NCBI GenBank assembly: GCA_963784735.1
Contig: CAWASK010000010.1
Coordinates: 1,099-65,098, forward strand
Origin: an uncultured delta proteobacterium
Lineage (GTDB): Bacteria; Desulfobacterota; Syntrophia; Syntrophales; UBA4778
DNA: 64,000 bases
Reading direction: 5' to 3'
Of the stretch, positions 34,511-45,035 are shown piece by piece. Under the pieces are notes generated by a model. It ran no database searches and had not been told where the DNA came from. It saw only the letters and a program-made list of their open reading frames with translations. The position numbers were made by a program, and so were the translations under genes. The first letter of the stretch is position 1. Each line of letters starts with the position of its first letter.

Positions 34511-34813
34511 TTAATCATGGCGGGGTATAAACGGCGAGAATTCGTATTCCTTGTCCTTCACCTGGAAAGCGACTCTCCCCGTCTCATTGCTTTTGATCTT
34601 TCCCTCGATGATCCTTTTGCAGCCGAAATCGTAAAAAGTCACCTGGTGTGTCGGGGTTTCCGCCTCATCGATCCCTTTGTATGACCTCTCTTTTTCATCT
34701 GCTGACAATTCCCTGATGGTGAGTTTCTGGCACCTTTCCCGGGCCTCGCTGTCGCCGCAGCGGATGGATAATACGTAATTTCCGTGAAACTTTATGGGCA
34801 TCCTGATTTCCAT
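34511..34813 (-). CDS. Hypothetical protein
   Basis: Intact 100-aa ORF with AAAGGGGTG RBS; no family recognised. Confidence 0.6.
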   Translation of the reverse strand: MEIRMPIKFHGNYVLSIRCGDSEARERCQKLTIRELSADEKERSYKGIDEAETPTHQVTFYDFGCKRIIEGKIKSNETGRVAFQVKDKEYEFSPFIPRHD

Positions 34814-34962
34814 TAGTTAACACCCCTTTCGTTTTTTTACGGACGCTTTTTCCTAGCATATCCATTTTCAAATTGAAAGTGCGGGAAACTTTGTCTGTAC
34901 AATTGGCCTCGATGTGATATTGATTAACTGTGTGTCTTTAATTCTTTCCAACGGGAGGATCC

Positions 34963-35187
34963 ATGGATCTTGGTGACCTGGTCCTGGTGGCCGAACCGAG
35001 GCACCCGCTTCACGGCTGTGTCGGGAAGATTGTAGGGAAGCGCGGGTCAAGGCCGCCGGACGACACGTGGATTCTCGTCTATTTGCCTGCCAGGATGCGC
35101 TCTTTCCTGATCCCGGAGTCGTTTTTGAAGCCCGACACGGGCAGGGATTTCTCGACTTTAGTGAGTTGCGTCCAAACCGGTGAGTGA
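34963..35187 (+). CDS. Small hypothetical protein, possibly SH3/KOW-like
   Basis: GGGAGG RBS; GDLVLV...HGCVGKIVG pattern. Confidence 0.5.
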   Translation: MDLGDLVLVAEPRHPLHGCVGKIVGKRGSRPPDDTWILVYLPARMRSFLIPESFLKPDTGRDFSTLVSCVQTGE

Positions 35188-35190
35188 CCC

Positions 35191-36172
35191 TTAATCGCAA
35201 GGGAACACGCCCTTGACGGTAATGACAGCGGTAATAAGCTCCCGGGGCGTCACATCGAAGGCCGGGTACATCGCTTTGACATCGGGACCGCTGATCGGGG
35301 TCCCCAAAAACTCGAGGACCTCATCTTGGGTCGCGCTCCTCTATAGGTATATCGGAGCCCTTTTCGGTGCCCTTGTCCGCCCCCCCGTACCCGAGGATGT
35401 AAAAAGGCAGTCTGAAGTAGCGGGCGCAGATTGCCAGCTGCAGGGTCCCTATCTTGTTTGCGGCCGAACCGTCCATGGCAATCCTGTCCGCAGCCGTGAA
35501 TACCTTGTCGATTTTTCCGATGGACATGAAGTGGGCGGCCATGTTGTCCGTAATCAGGGTGGTATCAATGCCGAGGCAGCTCACCGACCATGCGGTGAGC
35601 CTCGCGCCCTGAAGATACGGGCGGGTCTCGGAGCAGATGACCTTTACCTCTTTGCCGTTTTCCTTTGCCGCTTTCAGCATGAACAGCAGGGCGGCCCCGG
35701 GAAAGCAGTGCGTCAGGATCGTGTCCCCGTCTGCCAGGAGCTTTTCGGCATTGGTCCCGGTGGCTTCGGAAAGCGCCCTTTGCTTTGCCATGATATTTTG
35801 CAGGAAAGAGAGGATGGCCGGGGCAGGCGGTCCCTCCCTGAAGGCGGCTCCCAGCAGTTTATCGACAAGGGCCGCGAGATGAAACCCTGTCGGTCGAGTC
35901 CTCTTCAGCCTCTCCGCCGCTTTCAGTATAACGGCCGGGTCATTCTCCAGGGCGGCAAGGTAGAGCCCGAATCCCGCCGTTACAGCGATATCGCCCGCGC
36001 CCTGGATTACCATATTTTCAATGGCCCTGGCGACGTCCTCATAATTTCTGCAGACCACCCGTGCAACCTCCCGGGGCAGTTTCCTCCGGTCAATCATGAC
36101 GAGGCACGTGTCCTCTAGGAACAAGTTGTTGGACAGGTCCATCAGCAAAGGTTCCAAAATGCCTCCTCTCAA
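35191..36172 (-). CDS. mtnA: S-methyl-5-thioribose-1-phosphate isomerase (frameshift near 35325)
   Basis: IDRRKLP, RTRPTG, ILTHC, ETRPYLQGARLT, ANKIGT and IEERDP; PAFDVTP after the shift. Confidence 0.88.
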
Positions 36173-36425
36173 AATGCGATTACAGGTTTATATATGAATA
36201 TGTATGTTTTTACACTCGAATATTGACCAGGCCTCAGGAGCGGCAATCGCCTCAAACTGCCGGAACAATCAATTTCGCATGCTTCCCAATGACTCGTGCG
36301 GGGGTTTTTCTTATTGACAAAATCAGTATTTAATTATACGCATAAATGTCAAAATTATTAGAAAATTGGAGGCGAGTCGGACTTATAGTAAATTAGTAAA
36401 AAACACTTAAAAAGGAGGGGAAAAA

Positions 36426-38108
36426 GTGTATTTTGCAAAAGAATTGCTGGATGAATCCAGCCAACTCCGGAAGAGATGGGAAGACGAGGTCAAGAAGACC
36501 GTTGCCAAATGGGCCGACCAGAAACCGCGCTGGTCAACGGTATCGGACCTCGAAATAAAGAGGCTCTACACGCCTGAGGACATTAAAGACATGGACTTTG
36601 CCCGCGATATTGGATATCCCGGGCAATTTCCGTTTATAAGGGGCAATCAGGCCACAGGCTACCGCGGGAAGTACTGGACATTCCGCATGTTCTCCGGGAT
36701 GGGCAGCGCCAAGGAAACCAACGCGCGCTGGCATATGCTCCTCAAGGAAGGCCAGACGGGCCTTTCGACCGCGTTCGACTTCCCGACCCTGATGGGCTAT
36801 GACACAGACTCACCCAAGGCCAGGGGCGAATGCGGGAAGTGCGGCGTCGCCATCGACACGCTGGACGATTTCCTCCAGCTCGTTGACGGCATTCCCATGG
36901 ACAAGATCACCACCTCGATGACCATCAATCCGCCGGCAACCGCCCTTTGGGCAATGTACTGCGCGGCTGCAGATATGAGGGGCATCCCCCTGACCAAGAT
37001 CGGCGGCACGATCCAGAACGACATGCTCAAGGAATTCATCGCGCAGAAGACACTGATGTGCCCGCCCGAACCCTCGGTCAAGCTGATCAGCGACACGGTC
37101 GAGTTCGGGACCAAGTACGTTCCAAGGTGGAACACGATCTCCATCAGCGGATACCATATCCGCGAGGCTGGAGCCACTGCCGTCCAGGAACTCGCTTTCA
37201 CCCTGCGTGACGGAATGGAATATGTTGAGGACGTTATGCGCCGCAAAGGCCTCGCAGTCGATGAATTTGCTCCCCGTCTATCGTTCTTCTTCAACTCCCA
37301 TATCGACTTCTTCGAGGAGATCGCCAAACTGCGCGCCGCCCGCAGGATCTGGGCAAAGGCCATGCGTGACAGGTACAAATCAAAAGACGAACGCTCCTGG
37401 TGGATGAGGTTCCACACTCAGACGGCAGGCTGTTCGCTTACTGCCCAGCAGCCGTATAACAACGTAGTCAGGACCGCTACAGAAGCGCTTGCGGCGGTGC
37501 TGGGCGGGACGCAGTCCCTTCATACCAACTCCCTGGACGAAGTGCTCTGTCTGCCTTCAGACACGGCAGTCCAGATCGCGCTTCGAACCCAGCAGATCAT
37601 CGCCGAGGAAACCGGTGCGGCCAATACAATCGACCCGCTGGCCGGCTCCTATTTCGTCGAGGCGCTCACCAACGAAATGGAAGAGAAGGCATGGGATTAC
37701 ATCCACAAGATCGACGAGATGGGCGGAATGGTCGCCGCCATCGAAAAAGGCTTCCCCCAGCTCGAGATCGCCGATGCCGCTTACACTTACCAGCGGCAGA
37801 TCGATGCCGGCGAGAAGATCATGATCGGCATCAACAAGTATTTATCTGATGAGGTCACCCCGATTCCTTTCCTGGAAATCGACGACAAAGTAGAGACCGA
37901 ACAGATCGAAAGGCTCGCTGCCGTCCGCAGGAGAAGGGACAGCAAGGCCGTGAAGCGCTGCCTCGATGACCTGAAGAGCGCCTGCAAGAAGGGCGATAAC
38001 GTTATGCCCTTCTGTATCGAAGCTGTGAAGAACATGGTCAGCGTCCAGGAAATCTGCGACGTTTATCGCGAGGTCTTCGGCGAATACCGAGATCCGGGTC
38101 TGTACTAA
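36426..38108 (+). CDS. B12-dependent acyl-CoA mutase large subunit, isobutyryl-CoA-mutase-like residues
   Basis: PGQFPFIRG, GLSTAFD, TSMTIN, GTIQNDMLKE, ISGYHIREAG, FHTQT and QSLHTN. Confidence 0.93.
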   Translation: MYFAKELLDESSQLRKRWEDEVKKTVAKWADQKPRWSTVSDLEIKRLYTPEDIKDMDFARDIGYPGQFPFIRGNQATGYRGKYWTFRMFSGMGSAKETNARWHMLLKEGQTGLSTAFDFPTLMGYDTDSPKARGECGKCGVAIDTLDDFLQLVDGIPMDKITTSMTINPPATALWAMYCAAADMRGIPLTKIGGTIQNDMLKEFIAQKTLMCPPEPSVKLISDTVEFGTKYVPRWNTISISGYHIREAGATAVQELAFTLRDGMEYVEDVMRRKGLAVDEFAPRLSFFFNSHIDFFEEIAKLRAARRIWAKAMRDRYKSKDERSWWMRFHTQTAGCSLTAQQPYNNVVRTATEALAAVLGGTQSLHTNSLDEVLCLPSDTAVQIALRTQQIIAEETGAANTIDPLAGSYFVEALTNEMEEKAWDYIHKIDEMGGMVAAIEKGFPQLEIADAAYTYQRQIDAGEKIMIGINKYLSDEVTPIPFLEIDDKVETEQIERLAAVRRRRDSKAVKRCLDDLKSACKKGDNVMPFCIEAVKNMVSVQEICDVYREVFGEYRDPGLY

Positions 38109-38131
38109 AATTTCAGGAGGGGACACAAATT

Positions 38132-38536
38132 ATGGCAAAAAGAAAGATTCGCATAATGGTTGCAAAACCCGGGCTCGATGGACACGACCGGGGCGCAAGG
38201 GTTCTCGCACGCTGTTTCCGTGATGCGGGGTTCGAAGTCATTTACACGGGGTGTCACCAGACTCCGGAACAGATAGCCGCTTCGGCTATCCAGGAAGATG
38301 TTGATGTAGTCGGGCTGAGCTGTTTATCAGGTGCCCACCGGTACCTGTTTCCCGCGGTCGTCAAACTGCTCAAAGAACAAGGTGCTGAAGATATCACGGT
38401 CATCGGCGGCGGAATCATCCCGGAACAGGATTTCCAGGGCCTCTATGATGCCGGACTCAAAGCTCTCTTCACACCCGGCGCGAAGCTCGATTATATTGTG
38501 GAGTGGATAAATACAAATATCAATCCAAGAGCATAA
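38132..38536 (+). CDS. Acyl-CoA mutase cobalamin-binding small subunit
   Basis: KPGLDGHDRG, GLSCLSGAH and GGIIP. Confidence 0.94.
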   Translation: MAKRKIRIMVAKPGLDGHDRGARVLARCFRDAGFEVIYTGCHQTPEQIAASAIQEDVDVVGLSCLSGAHRYLFPAVVKLLKEQGAEDITVIGGGIIPEQDFQGLYDAGLKALFTPGAKLDYIVEWINTNINPRA

Positions 38537-38551
38537 AAAGGGTTAAAAAGA

Positions 38552-39518
38552 ATGGAAATAGGAAAGAAGATCAAGGCGGGGGATGTAAGGGCTGCTTCCC
38601 GCCTGATCAGAAACATTGAAGACAATATACCCGAAGCAAAAACGACGTTAAAACATATTTTCCACATGACCGGCAATGCACATGTTGTCGGTATAACCGG
38701 ATCGCCCGGGGCCGGTAAATCAACGCTGGTCGACGGGCTCATAGAATTCACGCGCAAAAGGAACAAAACGGTCGGTGTGCTGGCCGTCGACCCCACAAGC
38801 CCGTTTACGGGCGGCGCCATTCTCGGAGACAGGATCCGGATGCAGCGCCACGCCGAGGATCCGGGCGTGTTCGTCAGGAGCCTGGCAACCAGGGGGGCGC
38901 TGGGGGGGCTGGCAAAAGCAGTCGGTGATGCCATTCACGTGCTTGATGTCATGGGCAAGGATTTCGTCCTTGTCGAGACAGTCGGAACAGGCCAGCAGGA
39001 AGTCGAGATCATCAACCACGCCCATACGGTAATTGTCGTACTGGTGCCGGGCATGGGAGATGAGATCCAGGCCATCAAGGCCGGCATTATGGAGATCGCC
39101 GATATCTTCGTGGTCAACAAGGCGGACCGTGACGGGGCGGGCAAACTCCAGAGAGAGCTTATGGCCGTTCTCGACATGTCCAATATACCAAAGGGCGGCT
39201 GGAGGCCCCCGATCCTTTCCATCGGCAACGCGTTCGATCCGGCGGAATTTGAGCGGGGCGTGACAGAGCTCACCGCCAAGGTCCAGGAGCATTATGACCA
39301 CCTGGTGCAGAGCAATATGCTAGGGGACAGAAGGCGCCGCAAAGCGGCCCACGAACTCAATGAGGCAATGCGGGCCAGCATACTCGAACCGGTGCTCCTG
39401 AAAGCTGGTTACATCCGGCGAGTTGGACAAAATGATCGACACGCTGCTTAAAAAAGAAACCGATCCCTATACGGTTTCCGAACAGGTTGCAAAACAGTTT
39501 TTGAAAGACTGCATGTAG
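38552..39518 (+). CDS. meaB: Mutase-associated GTPase MeaB (C-terminal frameshift)
   Basis: GITGSPGAGKST, AVDPTSPFTGGAILGDRIRM, ETVGTGQ and VNKAD. Confidence 0.93.
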
Positions 39519-39540
39519 GAAGAATGCGCTGTTAAATAAA

Positions 39541-39572
39541 GGCCCGGGGCTGTTTCGGCCCCGGGTTTTTTT
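39541..39572 (+). terminator. Intrinsic terminator
   Basis: CCCGGGGCTG-TTT-CGGCCCCGGG followed by a T7 run. Confidence 0.75.
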
Positions 39573-39577
39573 AAAAC

Positions 39578-39670
39578 AGGCATTAGGCATTGGGCGTCAG
39601 GCATTAGGGCATGGTACTTTTACGAATGATAGTACCTTGCCTAACGCCTAATGCCTGATGCCTGATGCCT
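39578..39670. repeat. Inverted array of heptamer repeats
   Basis: AGGCATT-like units, GGTAC, a spacer, GTACC, then ATGCCT(A/G) units. Confidence 0.75.
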
Positions 39671-39687
39671 CAAATCGAGGTAACCTT

Positions 39688-40245
39688 ATGACTTCAAACG
39701 TAATCGAAGAAACCCTGGCGAAATTCAACCAGGGCCTTGTCATCGTGATCACGGGAAACGGCAAGGGAAAAACAACGGCTGCCATGGGCCAGGCGCTCCG
39801 GGCGCTGGGGCACGGCTTCAAGGTGCTCGTCGTGCAATTCATGAAGGGCAAGAAATACGGCGAGGTATTGTGCGCCGAAAAGCACCTGCCTGACCTCAAG
39901 ATAATCCCGTGCGGTCTCGACAGTTTTGTCATGAAGGACAACCCCGCCCCGGTGGATATAGAACTCGCGCGCCAGGGCCTGAAGCTCGTGAAAGAAGCGC
40001 TGGCCTCAAAAGAGTACCAGATGATAATCCTCGACGAGATCAATGTGGCCCTGGATTTCAAACTCGTCGCGCTCGAAGAGGTCCTCGACATGATCAGGAA
40101 CAAGCCGAAAGAGATCGACCTCGTCCTCACGGGCAGATACGCGCCGCCGGAAATAATCGAGCTTGCCGATACCGTCAGCGAGGTCCAGGAGATCAAGCAC
40201 CACTATTCAAAAGGGGTCAAGGAGCGGGCCGGGATAGAATTCTAA
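39688..40245 (+). CDS. cobO: Cob(I)yrinic acid a,c-diamide adenosyltransferase, CobA/CobO/BtuR type
   Basis: TGNGKGKTTAA, VQFMKG, ILDEIN, VLTGR and KHHY..G..GIEF. Confidence 0.93.
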   Translation: MTSNVIEETLAKFNQGLVIVITGNGKGKTTAAMGQALRALGHGFKVLVVQFMKGKKYGEVLCAEKHLPDLKIIPCGLDSFVMKDNPAPVDIELARQGLKLVKEALASKEYQMIILDEINVALDFKLVALEEVLDMIRNKPKEIDLVLTGRYAPPEIIELADTVSEVQEIKHHYSKGVKERAGIEF

Positions 40246-40757
40246 TCCGGTTTTGTCCCCTGCACCAGCCCCTGAAGGGGCTTCCGCTATACAAAGTAGG
40301 TAATGCCCCAGAAACATCAACTCAAGGCGGTGCGACAGTCGGTCACGCCGCCTTTTTTGCGGAACGCGGAATTAAATCATGTAGGCAATATTGTGGCGGG
40401 AACATCGTGCTTGTGCCTGGCATTGCATGTCCCTCCGGCATATAACCTGCCCGCTGTGTTCCTACAAGTACGAAGAAATTCACAAGGTTTCCTCCCCGGC
40501 CCCGCCCATCTCTCCCCTGTTATCAAAATTCACATAACTCATGAAGTTAAAGCTTAAAAATAACGTGTCTGGGTTCCCGATTCTGTGTGCCGGGCATAAG
40601 ACGTGCCTAGCTTGATTGTTGTTTGTTTGTAAAAAAAGTAGTTGACAAAAGGGAAATAAACTCCTATACAAATGCCGTATTTTAATGTAGGTTATATCCT
40701 ATAATATGTCGGCATTGCAGAAGGCAGAATCCGGAATTACAGTCTCGGTCATGGATC

Positions 40758-42506
40758 ATGGATCAGGAGGTTTATATGAACGAAGGGGTCAGAAAAGAAA
40801 TCGGGGTATTGCGTATATTATTCACAATCATCCTTTCTCTGGTAGTTCTGTTTTGCACTGCCTGCGGGGGCGGGGATATTTCCGGCGGAGACTCATCTCG
40901 CGGTTCGGCTGACACTGATAAGGTCACCGGGCTGAAGGTCACGGATGTGTACAGGAACAAGGTTGCGATCGCATGGGACTCCTGCATCGGGGCCGCCGGC
41001 TACACAGTATACCGCGACGGTGACCCTGTCGCGACGACGACGGAGCCTTACTATCTGGATTCAGGCCTTACCCAGGGGAAACCTTACAAGTACAAGGTGG
41101 CCGTCATCAACGACAAATCAACCGAGAGCACAGAAATCGAAGGCACGCCGCTCCCCTGGACCAAGAAAATGCCCGGCCAGATCAATGTGATAAAACAATT
41201 CGGGAACTACGTTTACATTGGCGGGACAAATACCTTTTACCCGGACGGCCGCGAATGGAGCTGGTATGCGGACGCATACCTTGCCAAGTACGACCTGAAC
41301 GGGAACCTCGTCTGGGAGACCACCTTCAAGCACTTGACCGACAATGCAAAATATACCGACTGGGTGAGCGACATAGCCATCAGCCCCTCCGGCGATAACT
41401 TGTATGTTACCGGCACAGTGGATTATCTCAGTGACGAAAAAGCGAGAATCAGGAGATTATGCGGGAGTTTATAAATTCCTCAAAGGGAACTCTTTCATCG
41501 CCAAGTTCGATATAAGCGGCGATAAACCCAGGCAGAAATGGCTCAATATCGTCTTCGATATCCCCAATAATCTGAGCTTCGGGGAAAAGATCGCCGTTGA
41601 CTCCAGCGAGAATGCGTATGTCCTCAGCAAAATCGAGTTTGACGTGGGTTATATAAGCAATCCCAACTGGACCTGCTCGGTCACATCATACGACAAGAAC
41701 GGCAACTCGCGCTGGGTCTACCGCTGGAACCTGGTTGAAACCATGTCTACCGGGGTTCATTTCCACCCGCATTTACTGGATATTGACAGGAACGGCAACC
41801 TTTACGTGTCCGGCCAGCTCCAGGGCGTCAAGATCTACTACGGCTATTATGCCACGTATGACCTTCAAGAGAAGAAGCCCCTTGGCGACGGCGGATATTC
41901 AATCTACTATATTCCCTCATTCCTCAGGGCCAGGCTCAACCTGAACACCGGTATCCCGGAATGGGAAGTCGTTCAGAAATCTGGCTGGAACCCGGCCAAC
42001 CCGACCGTCCTCGACCCTCTCACAGGCAATACGTACCATTGCATGCTGGATATCGACATATGGGGCGACTGGCCTAACCGGGGGCTGATGAAGACCGGTC
42101 CCGACGGCGACATCGCCTGGCTTGTCGGGAATATTACCGAAAGGAATGCAGACAATACGGGAGATTCAGGACTATTGGTCCATTCAGTACGATAATGAAC
42201 TCATTGTACCTGGGCGGCATAAATTACGATACCCAATATGGATGGGATATACACCTGGCAAAATATGACGTTTCGGGGACGTCGCCTCAACTGGTTTACA
42301 GAAATACATTTGTGCCCATCGATCCAAAAAAGAATTCCGAAGAGGACTTCCTGTGGACCATGGGAATTGTTAAAGGCGGGGGCAACACCAGTATCTGGGC
42401 GGTAGTGAGGACAACCACCGAAATTGACGGTCTTCCCAAAAAAGAAGGCGATTATTACGCCTGGTACCTGATGAGGTTTGACGCCGATGCACAAAGCTGG
42501 TGGTAA
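40758..42506 (+). CDS. Lipoprotein with an FN3 domain and beta-propeller-like repeats (two frameshifts)
   Basis: Lipobox CTACGGG, FN3 pattern (IAW..YTVYRDG..YLDSGL..YKYKV), repeated LAKYD..GN..W and IAVDS..N.YV units. Confidence 0.72.
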
Positions 42507-42540
42507 TCGTATTGTAATCTGAAAATACCCAAAAGGCAGC

Positions 42541-42568
42541 GGGCCCGGGTTTTCCCGGGCCCTTTTTC
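42541..42568 (+). terminator. Intrinsic terminator
   Basis: GGGCCCGGG-TTTT-CCCGGGCCC-TTTTT. Confidence 0.7.
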
Positions 42569-42761
42569 TGCCAAAATCTTCTATTTTGCCGCGTTTGTTC
42601 CTGAAAATTCGTCGGGCCTTTTGCCCGCGGCGTTTGCCCCCGCTATGCAGGACAACGACAAATATTTCGGTCCCAGCCATGCATTCATTTCAAATACATT
42701 GCAAACATGCTGCGGATGGATTTATAAAATCACCGTCCCAAACGTCTGAAAAGGAGGAGTC

Positions 42762-43811
42762 ATGGTCAGCCGCATCAGAAGCCGCTTTCCGCTGCTACTG
42801 GCAATTATTTATCTTTTAACGGCACTCGGCTGTGCGGGCGAAGCCGATAAGCCGGACATCGCGAGCCTCAAATACAACAAGGCCGCGGTCAGGGAAATAG
42901 ACCGGGTCATTTCAAGCGGCAAAATAGATGCGAGGGAGCGGGCAGTCCTCAGGGGACTCAGGTGGTGCCTTGTTTTTTGTGACGACGACGGTAATTTTAA
43001 CTTCACGTTCACGAATTACATGACCATGCTGGACGAATTGACACTCCACGGCCCTCAACGCGAACTGCACGCGATTGTCCATAGCGCTATTTTGAAGGAG
43101 TTTGAGCGGGCTGTGCCGAGGCTGCCCGAGTTGTTCCCTCCAGATGCCGACGGTTATGAAAATTTTGTTTCCATCCTCGCGACAGCCTACCATCACCAGG
43201 TGCCGATCGGCCCCTTGAAGCAATTCGCCGAGCGCCAGTTTGCCCATGTCAAGCCCCCCGACAGACTCGGGGAATTCCGGAAGGCGGCCAAGGAAAGGGA
43301 TTATGATTCGCTTACGGACCTCATTGTGGACACGGCTTTCAAAAATATGGCCTATCGCTGGAAAGCCGATAAAGACTTTCGCCTTCCGCCCGACAATTAC
43401 AAAACCATCATGGCGGAATGCGCCAATATCCCTTTCGTTCATAAATACAACGACAGCGGCTATCACGATCAGAATTACTATGCAACACATGTGCTCCTGG
43501 CGCTCAACCACTATGGCCAGGAGGTGCTTAAGCCCTCTGCCGCCACCGACAGGATTTATTTCTATTTGACGAAAAACTACGACGTTGTCCGCAACAGGAC
43601 CGGAGACCTGGACCTCCTGTGCGAGTACCTTTATTGCTTCCGGCAATTCGCCCCCAGGGGGGTCCAATTCATCAGTGAGGGAGAAAGCTATGTAATGTCT
43701 TTGCAGAATCCCGACGGTTCGTGGGGCACGAAGGAAGATTTCGAGGGCGATCCATATAACAGGCTTCACCCTACCTGGACGGCTATAACGCTTTTGGTCT
43801 TGAGAGATTAG
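42762..43811 (+). CDS. Hypothetical lipoprotein, probable alpha/alpha-toroid fold
   Basis: AGGAGG RBS, lipobox ALGC, YYATH, DLLCE and a QW-like motif LQNPDGSW. Confidence 0.65.
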   Translation: MVSRIRSRFPLLLAIIYLLTALGCAGEADKPDIASLKYNKAAVREIDRVISSGKIDARERAVLRGLRWCLVFCDDDGNFNFTFTNYMTMLDELTLHGPQRELHAIVHSAILKEFERAVPRLPELFPPDADGYENFVSILATAYHHQVPIGPLKQFAERQFAHVKPPDRLGEFRKAAKERDYDSLTDLIVDTAFKNMAYRWKADKDFRLPPDNYKTIMAECANIPFVHKYNDSGYHDQNYYATHVLLALNHYGQEVLKPSAATDRIYFYLTKNYDVVRNRTGDLDLLCEYLYCFRQFAPRGVQFISEGESYVMSLQNPDGSWGTKEDFEGDPYNRLHPTWTAITLLVLRD

Positions 43812-43920
43812 TCCGCTGCGTGTCTTCTCCCCGATATTTTACCCGCGCTCGACCCGAATACCGGATGGACTCCGGACACGGCGGGGGGATTTCATGAAGA
43901 GCAAAATTTGAAGTGTCCCG

Positions 43921-44268
43921 TCAATTTACACGCTCATATTTCGCGCCGCGCTGCTCAATGACCAGGGGGCCGGAACTTTTAGTTGTTTTTGCGTTTTTTG
44001 GCCTGGCTGCCTTTTCTTTCCGGGTCCCCTGCCTCTTGGGGGAATCCTTTTGAATAACCCTCTCCGAGCTGCGAGTAACATCCGGGAACTTCACAGACGG
44101 CTTGCTCGCGATCGTCCCATACTCCACGGCCACCTGAGCCGGGATATTGGAAGGAGAAACAATCAGGATAATGCCGATCGAAAGGCAAAAAATGCAGAAA
44201 AAAAACGACTGCCTCAACATGAAAAATCCCCCTTTCGTTGTTTTTGCGGAAAGCCCGACTTTCGTCAT
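43921..44268 (-). CDS. Small secreted hypothetical protein
   Basis: Hydrophobic leader (probable start MLRQ) and basic C-terminal part. Confidence 0.5.
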   Translation of the reverse strand: MTKVGLSAKTTKGGFFMLRQSFFFCIFCLSIGIILIVSPSNIPAQVAVEYGTIASKPSVKFPDVTRSSERVIQKDSPKRQGTRKEKAARPKNAKTTKSSGPLVIEQRGAKYERVN

Positions 44269-44409
44269 TTATAATATTTTATGCCTTAACTGTAAATAAG
44301 ACTTGTTCGCGGCGCGCCATGCAGGTTTCTTAACTGCGTGTTAACGCTGCCGCCAGCGATGTTGACGCTGATAAACAAATTTTCCCTTCCATAATTAACT
44401 TATGGTAAC

Positions 44410-44916
44410 GTGTCGCCATCTCATTCCCGCATTGAGCACCTTGTGCAATTCAAATTTTTCAAAACGTTGCTGGCCGGCCTGACAGGCGGTTTTGCGCTTA
44501 ATCTCACGATGTTGTTGACCTTTCGCCTGCTTGGATTCGGCTGGAAAGGGGGAGGGATACTCCTGGACCCGACAATCCAGAGCCCAAAGCTCATAGCCGT
44601 ATGGACAAAACTTGAGCCTTTGCCCCTGGTGGTAAACAGCCCGGCCCCGATAATCGCGGGACTGATGTTGTTTGCCATCGCCCACGCGTTCATGTACCGA
44701 TGGCTTGCGCCTGCCTGGCCCGCAGGTATTGCTGCAAGGGCGCTGCGCCTGGCTTTATTGGTGTTCATCCTCTCGTTTGTATTCTGGGAATTCTTCACAC
44801 CTTTCAACCAGTTTGGCGAGCCGCCGGCCTTGATAGCTTTAGAGCTGGCGTTCTGGGGCGCAATTGCCCTGGCCGAAGGATTCGCGATTGCTGCCGTGAT
44901 GGAAACGAGAAAATAG
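44410..44916 (+). CDS. Hypothetical integral membrane protein (about four TM helices)
   Basis: Alternating hydrophobic segments; QSPKLIAVW and WEFFTPFN. Confidence 0.65.
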   Translation: MSPSHSRIEHLVQFKFFKTLLAGLTGGFALNLTMLLTFRLLGFGWKGGGILLDPTIQSPKLIAVWTKLEPLPLVVNSPAPIIAGLMLFAIAHAFMYRWLAPAWPAGIAARALRLALLVFILSFVFWEFFTPFNQFGEPPALIALELAFWGAIALAEGFAIAAVMETRK

Positions 44917-45035
44917 GGTCTGCTTATTTATGCCTGCGAGACATGGACTGCGAGCGGCAAAAGAAAATTAATCCTTGCACCGGAATGTTCCTGCAACTAT
45001 ACCGCAGCCCAAATACGGTCGATATATGAAGAAAT

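Noticed and set aside
35321-35323. TGA ending the mtnA ORF early
   Set aside because: The conserved C-terminus continues in another frame, so this is an indel, not recoding
44308-44370. Two adjacent hairpins upstream of the membrane protein gene
   Set aside because: No match to any RNA family I recognise; could be chance pairing
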